Shown: piece after piece, positions 30,695 to 40,491 of the stretch
Layout of the letters: every line of letters starts with the position of its first letter
How positions within the stretch are numbered: the first letter of the stretch is position 1
NCBI GenBank assembly: GCA_044229145.1
Contig: JBGATO010000009.1
Span: forward strand, 17,312-81,311
Direction of reading: 5' to 3'
From: Candidatus Eiseniibacteriota bacterium
GTDB lineage: Bacteria > Eisenbacteria > RBG-16-71-46 > CAZEPH01
Length of the DNA stretch: 64,000 nt
Notes under the pieces: model-generated
Database searches by the model: none
What the model was told of the DNA's origin: nothing
Seen by the model: only the letters and a program-made list of their open reading frames with translations
Position numbers and translations under genes: made by a program

Positions 30695-30723
30695 TTGACG
30701 GCCGCCCGGCAGGCTCCTACTCT
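30695..30723 (+). promoter_or_regulatory. Putative sigma70 promoter of the ATPase-sucCD operon
   Basis: TTGACG-N17-TACTCT, about 310 nt upstream of the first ATG. Confidence 0.55.
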
Positions 30724-31031
30724 GAGGTTGCGTGCGACGTCAGTCGCGTCGCACCTCCGCCGAGCGAAGGATCCGTACGCGAGTCATGCGATCCGTTCCC
30801 GTCCATCGCAAGTGGCGTCTCGGGCAAAACGTCTACGCGTTCCCGTGACGTGAACCGCCGGCCCGCTTCCACGCGGGCGCCGGTGCGGTGGCGTGTCCCT
30901 ACCCGCCGCATCGCCCACCATGCGTTCCTCCCTCCATCATGATTCGCCGCATCGATCGCGCACGACCGTGCGCGGCTCCCCGAGGGAGCGGACGCCGACC
31001 AGGCGACGTACCTTTCGTGAGGAGCGAACCC

Positions 31032-32420
31032 ATGAAGCGCACGCGTGTCGTGATCCAAGGGGCCGGTGGCCGCGACTTCCACAACTTCAACGTCCGGTAC
31101 CGCGATCGCGAAGAGTTCGAGGTGGTGGCCTTCACCGCCGCCCAGATTCCCGACATCGACGACCGGACCTATCCGGCCGTGCTCGCCGGCTCTCTCTATA
31201 AGAAGGGCATCCCGATCCGGCCGGAGGCGGACCTCGCCCGGCTGATCGTCGGCGAAGGCATCGACCAAGTCGTGTTCTCGTACTCGGACGTCCCGCACAC
31301 CACGGTCATGCACCACGCGTCGATGGTGAACGCGCTCGGCGCCGACTTCGTGCTGATGGGCACCCGCGAGACGATGCTGCGCAGCAAGAAGCCGGTGGTG
31401 GCGATCTGTGCCGTGCGCACCGGTTCCGGCAAGAGCCAGACGACGCGCCGGGTGTGCGAGCTGCTCAAGGCCCGCGGCCTCAAAGTCGCGGCGATCCGTC
31501 ACCCGATGCCCTACGGCGACCTCTCGAAGCAGATCGTCCAGCGCTTCGCCACCTACGCCGACCTCGACAAGCACCACTGCACGATCGAGGAGCGCGAGGA
31601 GTACGAGCCGCACATCGACACCGGCACGATCGTCTACGCCGGCGTCGACTACGGGAAGATCCTCGCCGCCGCCGAGGCGGAAGCCGACGTCATCGTGTGG
31701 GACGGCGGCAACAACGACACGCCGTTCTACTGGCCGGACCTCCACATCGTGGTGGCCGACCCGCACCGCGCCGGTCACGAAGTCACCTATCATCCGGGCG
31801 AGACGAACATCCGCATGGCCGACGTCGTGGTGATCAACAAGGAGACCACGACCACCTACGCGAACATCGAGGCAGTGCGCCAATCGGTCTTCTCGCTGAA
31901 CCCGCGGGCGCGAATCGTTGATGCAGCCAGCCCCATCTTCGTGGACAATGGCGACGCGCTGCGCCACAAGCGCGTGCTGGTGGTCGAAGACGGACCGACG
32001 GTGACGCACGGCGAGATGGCGTACGGCGCCGGCTGGGTCGCCGCGCAGAAGTACGGCGCGGCCGAGATGATCGACCCGCGGCCGTTCGCGGTGGGCTCGA
32101 TCGCCGCCGCGTACAAGAAGTACACGCACCTCGAGCGCGTCCTGCCGGCGCTCGGCTACGGCGACACGCAGGTCAAGGAGCTGGAGAAGACGATCAACCG
32201 CTCCGACGCCGACGTCGTCGTGGTGGCGACGCCGATCGACATCCGGCGCGTCGCCAAGCTGACCAAGCCGGCGGTGCGCGTGCGCTACGAGCTCGCCGAG
32301 ATCGGCGCGCCGACGCTGAACGACATGCTCGCCGAGATCTTCGACGAGGAGGCGACACCCTCCGCGAACGGCTCGGCGAAGAAGGCCACGAAGACCACGT
32401 CCAAGAGGAGCCGTCGATGA
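31032..32420 (+). CDS. COG2403-type P-loop protein (often annotated GTPase or cyclic 2,3-DPG synthase-like; probable arginine synthetase ArcE family)
   Basis: GAGGAG RBS, GAGGRDFHNFN, AFTAAQIP, AVRTGSGKSQT, RHPMPYG, TIEEREEYEPH, WDGGNND, EDGPT. Family recognised from memory. Confidence 0.75.
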   Translation: MKRTRVVIQGAGGRDFHNFNVRYRDREEFEVVAFTAAQIPDIDDRTYPAVLAGSLYKKGIPIRPEADLARLIVGEGIDQVVFSYSDVPHTTVMHHASMVNALGADFVLMGTRETMLRSKKPVVAICAVRTGSGKSQTTRRVCELLKARGLKVAAIRHPMPYGDLSKQIVQRFATYADLDKHHCTIEEREEYEPHIDTGTIVYAGVDYGKILAAAEAEADVIVWDGGNNDTPFYWPDLHIVVADPHRAGHEVTYHPGETNIRMADVVVINKETTTTYANIEAVRQSVFSLNPRARIVDAASPIFVDNGDALRHKRVLVVEDGPTVTHGEMAYGAGWVAAQKYGAAEMIDPRPFAVGSIAAAYKKYTHLERVLPALGYGDTQVKELEKTINRSDADVVVVATPIDIRRVAKLTKPAVRVRYELAEIGAPTLNDMLAEIFDEEATPSANGSAKKATKTTSKRSRR

Positions 32421-33580
32421 ATCTGTACGAGTTCCAAGCGCGCGAGCTGCTGCGGCAGGGGGGGATCCCGGTGCCGCGCGGCGAGGTCGCGCGTACCGCC
32501 GCGGAGGCGCGCGCCATCGCCGAGCGCACGCCCGGGCTCCTGGTCATCAAGGCGCAGGTGCACGCCGGCGGCCGCGGCAAGGCCGGCGGCGTGAAGCTGG
32601 CGCGCACGCCGGACGAGGCGCACACGCACGCGGCGAACATCCTGCAGCTCACCATCAAGGGACTGCCGGTACGCCAGGTGCTGGTCTCGAGCGCCGTCGA
32701 CATCGCGCACGAGTACTATGTCTCGATCCTCATCGACCGCGCGGCGAAGGCGCCGATGCTGATGGCGAGCTCCGCCGGCGGCATGGACATCGAGGAAGTC
32801 GCGGCGACGGCGCCGGAGAAGATCGTCAAGGTCGGTCTCTCCGCGGATCGCCCGATGACGCAGGCGGAGGCCGACGATGTCGCGGCGCGTCTCGGATTCA
32901 CCGGACACGCGGCGCGGCAAGCCGCCGACATCTTCCGCAAACTCGAGACGGTGTTCTGGCAGAGCGACGCGTCGCTCGTCGAAGTGAATCCGCTCGTCGT
33001 GTCGCCCGATCAGGCGGTGTGGGCGGTGGACGCAAAGATCTCGCTCGACGACAACGCGCTCTTCCGGCACAGTGATCTCGAATCGTTGCGCGACGAGTCG
33101 GCGGAGGATCCGCGTGAAGTTCAGGCGCGGCATGCCGATCTTTCTTTCGTCGGACTGCAAGGTGCGATAGGCTGTTGCGTGAATGGTGCAGGACTCGCGA
33201 TGGCCACGATGGATCTCGTGAAGTACTTCGGCGGCGAACCGGCGAACTTTCTCGACATCGGCGGTTCGAGTAATCCGACGAAGGTCGTCAACGCGATGAA
33301 GATCCTCACCAGCGATCCCGATGTGCGCGCGGTGCTGATCAACATCTTCGGTGGCATCACGCGCTGCGACGATGTGGCGCGCGGAATCCTGACGGCGCTC
33401 GACGAACTGACGATCACGCTGCCGATCGTGATCCGCCTGACCGGGACGCGCGAAGCGGAGGCCAAGGAACTGCTCGAGAAGGAAGGCCGCGGACGCCTCA
33501 TGTGGGCGTCGACGATGGACGAAGCCGTGCAGAAGGTCATCAAGGCTGCCGGCGGGACGGTCAAGGGGGTGCGCTCGTGA
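32417..33580 (+). CDS. sucC: Succinate--CoA ligase subunit beta
   Basis: [58 protein letters not shown]. Confidence 0.97.
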   Translation: MNLYEFQARELLRQGGIPVPRGEVARTAAEARAIAERTPGLLVIKAQVHAGGRGKAGGVKLARTPDEAHTHAANILQLTIKGLPVRQVLVSSAVDIAHEYYVSILIDRAAKAPMLMASSAGGMDIEEVAATAPEKIVKVGLSADRPMTQAEADDVAARLGFTGHAARQAADIFRKLETVFWQSDASLVEVNPLVVSPDQAVWAVDAKISLDDNALFRHSDLESLRDESAEDPREVQARHADLSFVGLQGAIGCCVNGAGLAMATMDLVKYFGGEPANFLDIGGSSNPTKVVNAMKILTSDPDVRAVLINIFGGITRCDDVARGILTALDELTITLPIVIRLTGTREAEAKELLEKEGRGRLMWASTMDEAVQKVIKAAGGTVKGVRS

Positions 33581-35151
33581 GCATCCTGATCGACCGTTCC
33601 ACCCGCGTCCTCGTCCAGGGCATCACCGGCCGCGACGGTTCGTTCCACGCCCGCTCCATGAAGGCGTACGGCACCCAGGTGGTCGGGGGAGTGACACCCG
33701 GCAAGGGTGGCCAGTTCGTCGACGACATGCCGGTGTTCAATAGTGTCGCCGAAGGGCGCGCCGCCACCGGCGCCAACGCCACCTGCATTTTCGTCCCCGC
33801 GCCGTTCGCCGCGAAGGCGATCCTCGAAGCGGCGGACGCCGGCATCGAGTTCATCGTCGCCATCACCGAGGGCGTGCCCGTCCTCGACATGTCGAAGGTG
33901 TGGAAGGCGCTCCAGGACAAGCCGAAGACACGGCTGCTCGGCGCCAACTGTCCCGGCCTCATCACGCCGGGCCAGTCCAAGATCGGCATCATGCCGGGCC
34001 ACATCACGACGCCCGGACCGATCGGCCTCGTCTCGCGCTCCGGCACGCTCACCTATGAAGTGGTATGGGCGCTCACCGAAGCCGGCCTCGGCCAGACGAC
34101 CTGCGTCGGCATCGGCGGCGACCCGATCAACGGCACCAACTTCCTCGACGTGCTGCGCATGTTCGAGGCGGATCCGGCCACCAAGGCCGTGGTGATGATC
34201 GGCGAGATCGGCGGCAATGACGAAGAAGTCGCCGCCGAGTTCATCCGCACACAAATGACCAAGCCCGTGGTCGGATTCATCGCCGGCCAGACCGCCCCGC
34301 CTGGCCGCCGCATGGGCCACGCCGGCGCGATCGTCACCGGCAACTCGGGCACCGCGGAATCGAAGATCGAGGCGTTCCGCCGCGCCGGCGTACCGGTGGC
34401 GCGCATCACCTCGGAGATTCCGGGACTCATTCGGCAGGTCATGGCGAAGCGCGGCGCAGCGAAGCCCGCGCCGAAGAAGGCCACGCCTGCCAGCAAGACG
34501 TTGGAGGACGGCGCGAAGCGGCGCGCGAAGGCATCGTCGGTGAAGACGAAGCCCACCCCCGCCGCCAAGGCCGCGTCTGCGAAGACGAAGGCGACCGCGA
34601 ACAAGGCGAAGACAGCACCGTCGGGGAAGACGGCGCCCAAGGCTGCATCGTCGGTGAAGACGACGCAGAAGTCTGCCGTGTCCGCGAAGCGCGCATCCTC
34701 CACGAGACCGGCTGCGCACGGAAAGGCGCAGCCCGGTCGCCCCGCCGGCTCGGCGGCCGTGAAGACGGCCAAGGCGTCCGGTGGGTCACGCGTCACGTCC
34801 GAACGGTCGGGCGGGACGCGTCGCGCGTCGAGCTCCCAGGCAGGAACGCGCACGGAGACCACCGCACCCAAGACGCAGAAAGCGTCTCGGACTACCGTGG
34901 GAGGAAGAATGGCAAAGACTGCTGCTCCGAAGAAGGCTGCCAAGAAGGCGGCGAAGAAGTCGACCGCCAAGAAGGCGGCGAAGAAGGCCACCAAGAAGGC
35001 CACGAAGAAGGTCGCGAAGAAGGCCACCAAGAAGACGGCCAAGAAGGCGACGAAGAAGGCCGTGAAGAAGGTCGCGAAGAAGGCTCCGGCCAAGAAGGCG
35101 GCGAAGAAGCGCACCGCGAAGAAGGCCGCGAAGAAGGCCGCCAAGAAGTAA
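33577..35151 (+). CDS. sucD: Succinate--CoA ligase subunit alpha with a ~236-aa Lys/Ala-rich C-terminal extension
   Basis: [39 protein letters not shown] (phospho-His). No stop after the normal end near 34440. Confidence 0.93.
   Translation: MSILIDRSTRVLVQGITGRDGSFHARSMKAYGTQVVGGVTPGKGGQFVDDMPVFNSVAEGRAATGANATCIFVPAPFAAKAILEAADAGIEFIVAITEGVPVLDMSKVWKALQDKPKTRLLGANCPGLITPGQSKIGIMPGHITTPGPIGLVSRSGTLTYEVVWALTEAGLGQTTCVGIGGDPINGTNFLDVLRMFEADPATKAVVMIGEIGGNDEEVAAEFIRTQMTKPVVGFIAGQTAPPGRRMGHAGAIVTGNSGTAESKIEAFRRAGVPVARITSEIPGLIRQVMAKRGAAKPAPKKATPASKTLEDGAKRRAKASSVKTKPTPAAKAASAKTKATANKAKTAPSGKTAPKAASSVKTTQKSAVSAKRASSTRPAAHGKAQPGRPAGSAAVKTAKASGGSRVTSERSGGTRRASSSQAGTRTETTAPKTQKASRTTVGGRMAKTAAPKKAAKKAAKKSTAKKAAKKATKKATKKVAKKATKKTAKKATKKAVKKVAKKAPAKKAAKKRTAKKAAKKAAKK
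34909..35151 (+). CDS. Nested in-frame 80-aa histone H1-like protein at the end of sucD
   Basis: GGGAGGAAGA-ATG internal start; [13 protein letters not shown]...[10 protein letters not shown], 37 Lys and no acidic residue. Confidence 0.65.
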   Translation: MAKTAAPKKAAKKAAKKSTAKKAAKKATKKATKKVAKKATKKTAKKATKKAVKKVAKKAPAKKAAKKRTAKKAAKKAAKK

Positions 35152-35254
35152 CTCGCGGACCACTCGCCCGTCGCCGGCCGCGCCACACGCCCTGGGAGCA
35201 GGACGCGCGCCGGGGGCGGGCGAGCTCCGTATTCATCGCATGAAGGAGGGAGTA

Positions 35255-35686
35255 GTGCAGACGCTGTTCATGATCAAGCCGGATGGGGTGCAGCGTAACC
35301 TCACCGGCCGCATCCTTGCCCGGATCGAAGAGGCCGGTTTCACCATCCGCGGAGTCAGCCTGCAGCAGATGTCCCAGGCCGACGCGGAGGAGTTCTACGC
35401 CGTTCACAAGGAGCGGCCCTTCTTTCCCGACCTCGTGTCCTACATGACGTCCGGGCCGATCGTCGTCTGCGTGCTCGAGCACGACAACGCCGTGCAGCAC
35501 CTCCGCGACACCATCGGTGCGACCGACCCGGCGGAAGCCGCGCCGGGCACCATCCGCAAGGAGTTCGGTCTGTCGAAGCAGATGAACTCGTGCCACGGCT
35601 CGGACTCGCCGGAGAACGGCCAGATCGAGATCGCCTACTGGGTGAAGCGTGGCATCAAGCTGACGCCGGAGAAGGTGTCGGCGTAG
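35255..35686 (+). CDS. ndk: Nucleoside diphosphate kinase
   Basis: [47 protein letters not shown] follows AAGGAGG (alternative ATG at 35240). Confidence 0.96.
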   Translation: MQTLFMIKPDGVQRNLTGRILARIEEAGFTIRGVSLQQMSQADAEEFYAVHKERPFFPDLVSYMTSGPIVVCVLEHDNAVQHLRDTIGATDPAEAAPGTIRKEFGLSKQMNSCHGSDSPENGQIEIAYWVKRGIKLTPEKVSA

Positions 35687-35876
35687 AGCCGTGCCGCAGC
35701 GCAGTGTGCGAGGGCAGTCCGCTTCGGCGGGCTGCCCTCGTCGCATGCGTGGTGCGCCTCCGGCAGCGGACCGCGTACCGCCGGGGCGCCACGGACAGCG
35801 GCAGAGCCGTCGCCCACACTGGCCCGTGGCCACGGGACCCGCACGGGGCGGCGTCCCGGGCCGGGAGGATGCCAGC

Positions 35877-36344
35877 ATGTCGACGGTACCCGCGCCCATC
35901 GCGCGGTTCCTGGAGGGCAAACGCATTGCCGTCGTCGGGCTGACGGCAGAGGCGCCCGATCCCGCGCGGGCGATCGCCGCGCGGCTCGCCGCGACCGGAC
36001 ATGAGGTGGTGCCGGTGTCGCGTGAGGTCGTAGAGTTCGAGGGGCACGCCTGCTACCCGGCGCTCGGGGCCGTCGCAGGCCCGCTCGACGGCGCCTTCGT
36101 GGCGCCCGGGCCTGCCGGATCGCTGGCGCTGGCGGCCGAGTGCGTCGCGGCCGGCGTGCCGCGCATCTGGTTTCACTGGACGATCGGGGAAGGACACGTG
36201 CCGGAGGAGACGCGGGCCTATTGCGCGGAGCACGGCGTCGAGTGCATCGACGGCGGCTGCCCGCTGATGTTCTGCCCGCCGGTGGATCCGTTCCACCGCT
36301 GCTTGTGCTGGGTGGGGCAAAGGACCGGCCACGTTCCGCGGTGA
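35877..36344 (+). CDS. CoA-binding domain protein (YccU-like)
   Basis: GGGAGG RBS, KRIAVVG, GHEVVPV, CYPAL, IWFH, GGCPLMF. Confidence 0.8.
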   Translation: MSTVPAPIARFLEGKRIAVVGLTAEAPDPARAIAARLAATGHEVVPVSREVVEFEGHACYPALGAVAGPLDGAFVAPGPAGSLALAAECVAAGVPRIWFHWTIGEGHVPEETRAYCAEHGVECIDGGCPLMFCPPVDPFHRCLCWVGQRTGHVPR

Positions 36345-36452
36345 CACGGTCCGGACGACGGTGGTGTGGCACCGTCCGCCAGACGAGTCCAAGGTCCAGG
36401 CGGGGAAGGGGTTAGCCGCTGGACCAGGGGGCCGCCTGTCGCCCCTTCCCGG

Positions 36453-36481
36453 TTGAAACTTCCCGACGTGTCTGGTATGGT
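36453..36481 (+). promoter_or_regulatory. Putative sigma70 promoter of the yceD-rpmF-plsX-fab cluster
   Basis: TTGAAA-N17-TATGGT with extended -10 TG. Confidence 0.6.
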
Positions 36482-36560
36482 GCCCGCTTCGGTTGGGACC
36501 CCCTGTGGCTTCGCGGCCGTGTACGCCGCCCTGCGGCAGGTGAGATCTCCGGAGGCATCC

Positions 36561-37100
36561 GTGCGCATCGACGTCACCCATCTCGTCCACGGGCTCAATA
36601 CGTTGAGCGTGGACGAGGCACCCGCCACACTTCACCTTCCGGAACCTCGGAAGGAGGCCGCGGGTGACACGGAGGCTCACGCAGATGCGGCCCTCGGGGC
36701 GACGTTCCCGGGGCCGGTGCACGCCGCGTTGCGCATCACGCGCAACGAGGACGAATTCCTGCTCGACGCGGATCTCGGTTCGCCGGTCGAGTTGGAGTGC
36801 GCGCGATGCCTCACCTGGTACGCCAGCACCGTGGAGACGAGCTTTCGAGGCTTCGTCCGCCGCGGGGAAGGGCCGGCGGCCCATCGCAACTTCGAAGACC
36901 AGATGGACGAAGGCGGCGTGATCTATCACACCGGCCGCTATCTGGACATCGGCGAAGCGGTGCGCGAAGCCTTGCTCTTGGCGGTGCCGATGCGACCACT
37001 CTGCCGCGAGGACTGTCGGGGTCTCTGCGCGGGATGCGGGGCGGATCTCAACCGGGATACGTGTGCGTGCGCGGGTGCGCCGGACACGCGAGCGTCCTGA
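36561..37100 (+). CDS. yceD: DUF177 / YceD family protein
   Basis: GGAGG RBS, ECARCL, LAVPMRPLCREDCRGLCAGCGADLN; upstream of rpmF. Confidence 0.9.
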   Translation: MRIDVTHLVHGLNTLSVDEAPATLHLPEPRKEAAGDTEAHADAALGATFPGPVHAALRITRNEDEFLLDADLGSPVELECARCLTWYASTVETSFRGFVRRGEGPAAHRNFEDQMDEGGVIYHTGRYLDIGEAVREALLLAVPMRPLCREDCRGLCAGCGADLNRDTCACAGAPDTRAS

Positions 37101-37176
37101 GGGAATCGGGACGCTCTTGACCACACGCTCGGCCGCGTGCATCAGGCCGGGACTCGTTGAAGGAGAAGAACGCCTC

Positions 37177-37365
37177 ATGGCTGTTCCGAAGAGACGACAC
37201 TCGTCGACGCGTCGCGACAAGCGCCGCCACACCAACTCGCAGTTGTTCGCGCCGCTCCTCGGCCGCTGCTCTCACTGCGGCCAGCCCGCGCTCCCGCACC
37301 GTGTCTGCAAGGAATGCGGATACTACAAGGGTGTCGCGGTGCTCAAGAAGGACCTGGACGACTAA
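37177..37365 (+). CDS. rpmF: 50S ribosomal protein L32
   Basis: MAVPKRRHS..RRDKRR, CSHCG, PHRVCKECGYYKG. Confidence 0.97.
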   Translation: MAVPKRRHSSTRRDKRRHTNSQLFAPLLGRCSHCGQPALPHRVCKECGYYKGVAVLKKDLDD

Positions 37366-37471
37366 ACAGGGTGAACGCTCCCTCGCGTGAGCGACGCGCC
37401 ATCGAGCGCACCGGCACGATGCCGGTGTCGCGCCGCGTGCTCCGCGGGGCCCGGGCGGCCCTGACACTCCC

Positions 37472-38512
37472 GTGACGGACTCCACTTCTCTCCCCCGCAT
37501 CGCGCTCGACGCGATGGGCGGCGACCACGCACCTGGCGTGGTCGTCGAAGGCGCCCTCGCGGCCCTCACCGAGGCGCCCGGCGAGTTCACCGTGACGCTG
37601 GTCGGCGATCGCGCCGCCATCGAGGCCGAGTTGGCGCGCCTCGGCACCGGCGAGGTGCCCGGCCTGTCGATCCTCCACGCGGAGGAATCGGTGGACATGG
37701 CCGAGAAGGCCGCCGCGTCCGCGCGCAAGAAGACGCACTCGAGCATCGCCGTCGCCTTGAAGGCGGTGAAGGACGGCGAGGCCGACGCGATGATCAGCGC
37801 CGGCAACACCGGCGCCGTCGCGTCCACGGCGATGTTGACGCTCGGGCGCATCGCGGGGCTCAAGCGCCCCGCCATCGCCGCGTTCATTCCTACCAACGCG
37901 GGCGGCTGCATCCTGCTCGACTGCGGCGCCACCGCGGACTGCAAGCCGGAACACTTGCTGCAGTTCGCCGTGATGGGCTCGGTGTATTGCCGCGCGCTGC
38001 TCGAGCGCGACCAGCCGCGCGTCGCGCTGCTCAACATCGGCGAAGAGCCCGGCAAGGGCAACGAATTGGCGATCGCCACGCACCAACTGCTCGCGGCATC
38101 CGGAATGCCGTTCGTGGGCAATGTCGAAGGACGCGACGTGCTGAGCGGGGGAGCGGACGTCATCGTCACCGACGGCTTCACGGGGAACATCCTCTTGAAG
38201 TTCGCGGAGAGCGTCATCGGCTGGATCACCGGATTGGTGCGCGAGTCGATGAGCGGAACGTCCGGCGCTCAGCCGGGCGGTGCGGCCGAGGCCTTCGGGC
38301 CGGTGTTGGCGAATCTGCGCAAGCGGATCGACTACGCCGAATACGGCGGCGCCCCCCTGTTGGGCGTGGACGGTGTGTGCTTCATCGCCCACGGGTCCTC
38401 CTCGGCCCGCGCGGTCAAGAACGCAGTGCGGTCGTCCGCCCGCCTCGTGAGGGACGGTCTGGCGACGCGCATTCGTGACGAGTTGGCTGCCATGGAAGGG
38501 GATAGTCAATGA
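37472..38512 (+). CDS. plsX: Phosphate acyltransferase
   Basis: IALDAMGGDHAP, SAGNTGA, RPAIA, LLNIGEEPGKG, VTDGFTGN, YGGAPLLGV, HGSS. Confidence 0.96.
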   Translation: MTDSTSLPRIALDAMGGDHAPGVVVEGALAALTEAPGEFTVTLVGDRAAIEAELARLGTGEVPGLSILHAEESVDMAEKAAASARKKTHSSIAVALKAVKDGEADAMISAGNTGAVASTAMLTLGRIAGLKRPAIAAFIPTNAGGCILLDCGATADCKPEHLLQFAVMGSVYCRALLERDQPRVALLNIGEEPGKGNELAIATHQLLAASGMPFVGNVEGRDVLSGGADVIVTDGFTGNILLKFAESVIGWITGLVRESMSGTSGAQPGGAAEAFGPVLANLRKRIDYAEYGGAPLLGVDGVCFIAHGSSSARAVKNAVRSSARLVRDGLATRIRDELAAMEGDSQ

Positions 38513-39504
38513 GAGGATCGCTGCGCGGCATCCGCATGGTGTCGACCGGGGCCTACGTCCCCGAGCGCGTCATGACGAATGGCGATTTCGAGAAACTGGT
38601 CGACACCACCGACGAATGGATCACCACCCGCACCGGCATCAAGGAGCGCCACATCGCCCCGTCGGACATGCCGACGTCGGAGATGGCGTGTCACGCGGCG
38701 GAGGCGGCGATCGCCGAGGCCGGCATCGATGTCGAGGCGATCGATTGCATCATCGTCGCGACGGTGACGCCGGACCAACCGTTCCCCGCCACTGCCTGCC
38801 ACGTGCAGGCGAAGCTCGGCGCGACGAAGGCCGCGGCGTTCGACGTCAGCGCGGCGTGCAGTGGCTTCCTGTACGGCACGCAGATCGCCACCGGTTTGAT
38901 CGCCAGTGGTCTCAAGGACTGCGTGCTGGTGGTCGGCGTCGAGTCGCTGTCGAAGATCGTCGACTACACCGATCGGAACACCTGTGTGCTGTTCGGCGAT
39001 GGCGCGGGGGCGGCGCTCTACACCGCCACCGACAATCCGAAGACCGGCGTGCTGGCGGCGCTGTCGCAGAGCGACGGCACGCTGACGCATCTGCTCGAGT
39101 TGCCGGCCGGCGGCACGCGCCTTGGCGTCAGCCACGATACGGTCGACGCGCGCCTGCACTTCCTGCGCATGCGCGGCAACGAGACGTTCAAGATCGCGGT
39201 GCGCAACATGTCGGAGATCGCGCTCGAGGCGTTGGCGCGCGCCGGCAAGTCGCCCGCCGAACTCGATCTTCTCGTGCCGCACCAGGCGAACATCCGCATC
39301 ATCGAAGCGGTCGCCCGCGCGCTCGACTTCCCGATGGACAAGGTGATGGTCAACATCGACCGTTTCGGCAACACGTCCTCGGCGTCGATCCCGATGGCGC
39401 TCGACGAGGCGCGCAAATCGGGCCGCATCAAGCCGGGCGATCTGGTCGAACTCGTCGCCTTCGGCGGCGGCATGACGTGGGGCGCCGTGGTGGTGCAGTT
39501 CTGA
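38509..39504 (+). CDS. fabH: 3-oxoacyl-ACP synthase III
   Basis: DTTDEWITTRTGI, AACSGF, LFGDGAGA, PHQAN, GNTSSASIP. Confidence 0.96.
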   Translation: MRGSLRGIRMVSTGAYVPERVMTNGDFEKLVDTTDEWITTRTGIKERHIAPSDMPTSEMACHAAEAAIAEAGIDVEAIDCIIVATVTPDQPFPATACHVQAKLGATKAAAFDVSAACSGFLYGTQIATGLIASGLKDCVLVVGVESLSKIVDYTDRNTCVLFGDGAGAALYTATDNPKTGVLAALSQSDGTLTHLLELPAGGTRLGVSHDTVDARLHFLRMRGNETFKIAVRNMSEIALEALARAGKSPAELDLLVPHQANIRIIEAVARALDFPMDKVMVNIDRFGNTSSASIPMALDEARKSGRIKPGDLVELVAFGGGMTWGAVVVQF

Positions 39505-40460
39505 TGGCGCCGAAGATCGCGTTCCTCTGTCCGGGGCAAGGCGCGCAGTACGTCGGGATGGGCAAGGCGTTCGCCGATGCCGATCCGGCGATCGCCGCGC
39601 TCTATCGCGAGGCGGACGACATCGTCGGCGCGCCACTCTCGTCGATTTGCTTCGAGGGGCCGGACACCGAGCTGGTGAAGACGGTGAACACGCAGCCGGC
39701 GCTGCTCCTGCACTCGGTGGCGGCGATGACCGCGCTGCGCGCGCACGGCATCGAGGCGAACGCGGCGGTGGGCCACAGCTTGGGTGAATACAGCGCGAAC
39801 GTCGCGGTGGGTTCGCTCGCGTGGCAGGACGCGCTGCGCTTGGTGCGCCGGCGCGGCGCGCTGATGTACCAGGCCGGACTCGACAATCCCGGCACGATGG
39901 CCGCGATCCTCGGCCTCGCCGGCGAGGCGGTGGAGCAGCTGTGCGCCGACACCGTCGCCGCCGGCCACGGCGTCGTGCAGGCGGCGAACCTGAACTCACC
40001 CGGTCAGGTCGTGATCAGCGGCGAGATCGCGGCGGTCGAAGCCGCGATGGCCCTCGCGAAAGACCGCGGCGCCAAGCGGGCGATCCGGCTCGAGGTCAGC
40101 GGCGCGTTCCACTCGCCGTTGATGGGCAGCGCGGCGGCCGGTCTCGCCGAGGCCATCGCCGCGACCACGATCCACGCGCCGCGCGGTCCGGTGTACGCCA
40201 ACGTCAGCGCGTCGCCGGTCACCGAGCCGCCGGCGATCGCCGATGCGCTGTCGCGGCAGCTGCTCGGCGCGGTACGCTGGGAAGCCTCGATGCGCGCGTT
40301 GGTGGCGGACGGCTATGCGCTCTTCGTCGAGGTCGGCAGCGGCAAGGTGCTGAAGGGCCTGATGCGTCAGATCGCCCCGGAGGCGGAAGTGCTGAACGTC
40401 GAAGATCCGGCGACGCTGGCCGCGGCGCTCGAGCGCCTGCGCGCGCTGGCCACCGCGTAA
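39504..40460 (+). CDS. fabD: Malonyl-CoA:ACP transacylase
   Basis: PGQGAQYVGMG, TQPAL, GHSLGEY, NSPGQVVISG, VSGAFHS; TGATG coupling. Confidence 0.96.
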   Translation: MAPKIAFLCPGQGAQYVGMGKAFADADPAIAALYREADDIVGAPLSSICFEGPDTELVKTVNTQPALLLHSVAAMTALRAHGIEANAAVGHSLGEYSANVAVGSLAWQDALRLVRRRGALMYQAGLDNPGTMAAILGLAGEAVEQLCADTVAAGHGVVQAANLNSPGQVVISGEIAAVEAAMALAKDRGAKRAIRLEVSGAFHSPLMGSAAAGLAEAIAATTIHAPRGPVYANVSASPVTEPPAIADALSRQLLGAVRWEASMRALVADGYALFVEVGSGKVLKGLMRQIAPEAEVLNVEDPATLAAALERLRALATA

Positions 40461-40491
40461 TCGACACGACAGGGAAGGAGATCCCCGCTTC

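Noticed and set aside
30815..30870. c-di-GMP-I riboswitch suggested by GGGCAAAAC
   Set aside because: No GNRA-capped P2 stem or GACGCAAAG element follows.
34909..35151. 12-nt periodic repeats as a CRISPR array or VNTR
   Set aside because: No unique spacers and no cas genes; the variation follows codons of a Lys/Ala protein.
34053..35186. Minus-strand FFAAFF-rich ORFs that look like membrane proteins (also 16904-17257)
   Set aside because: They are the reverse complement of the AAG-AAG-GCN lysine/alanine repeats.
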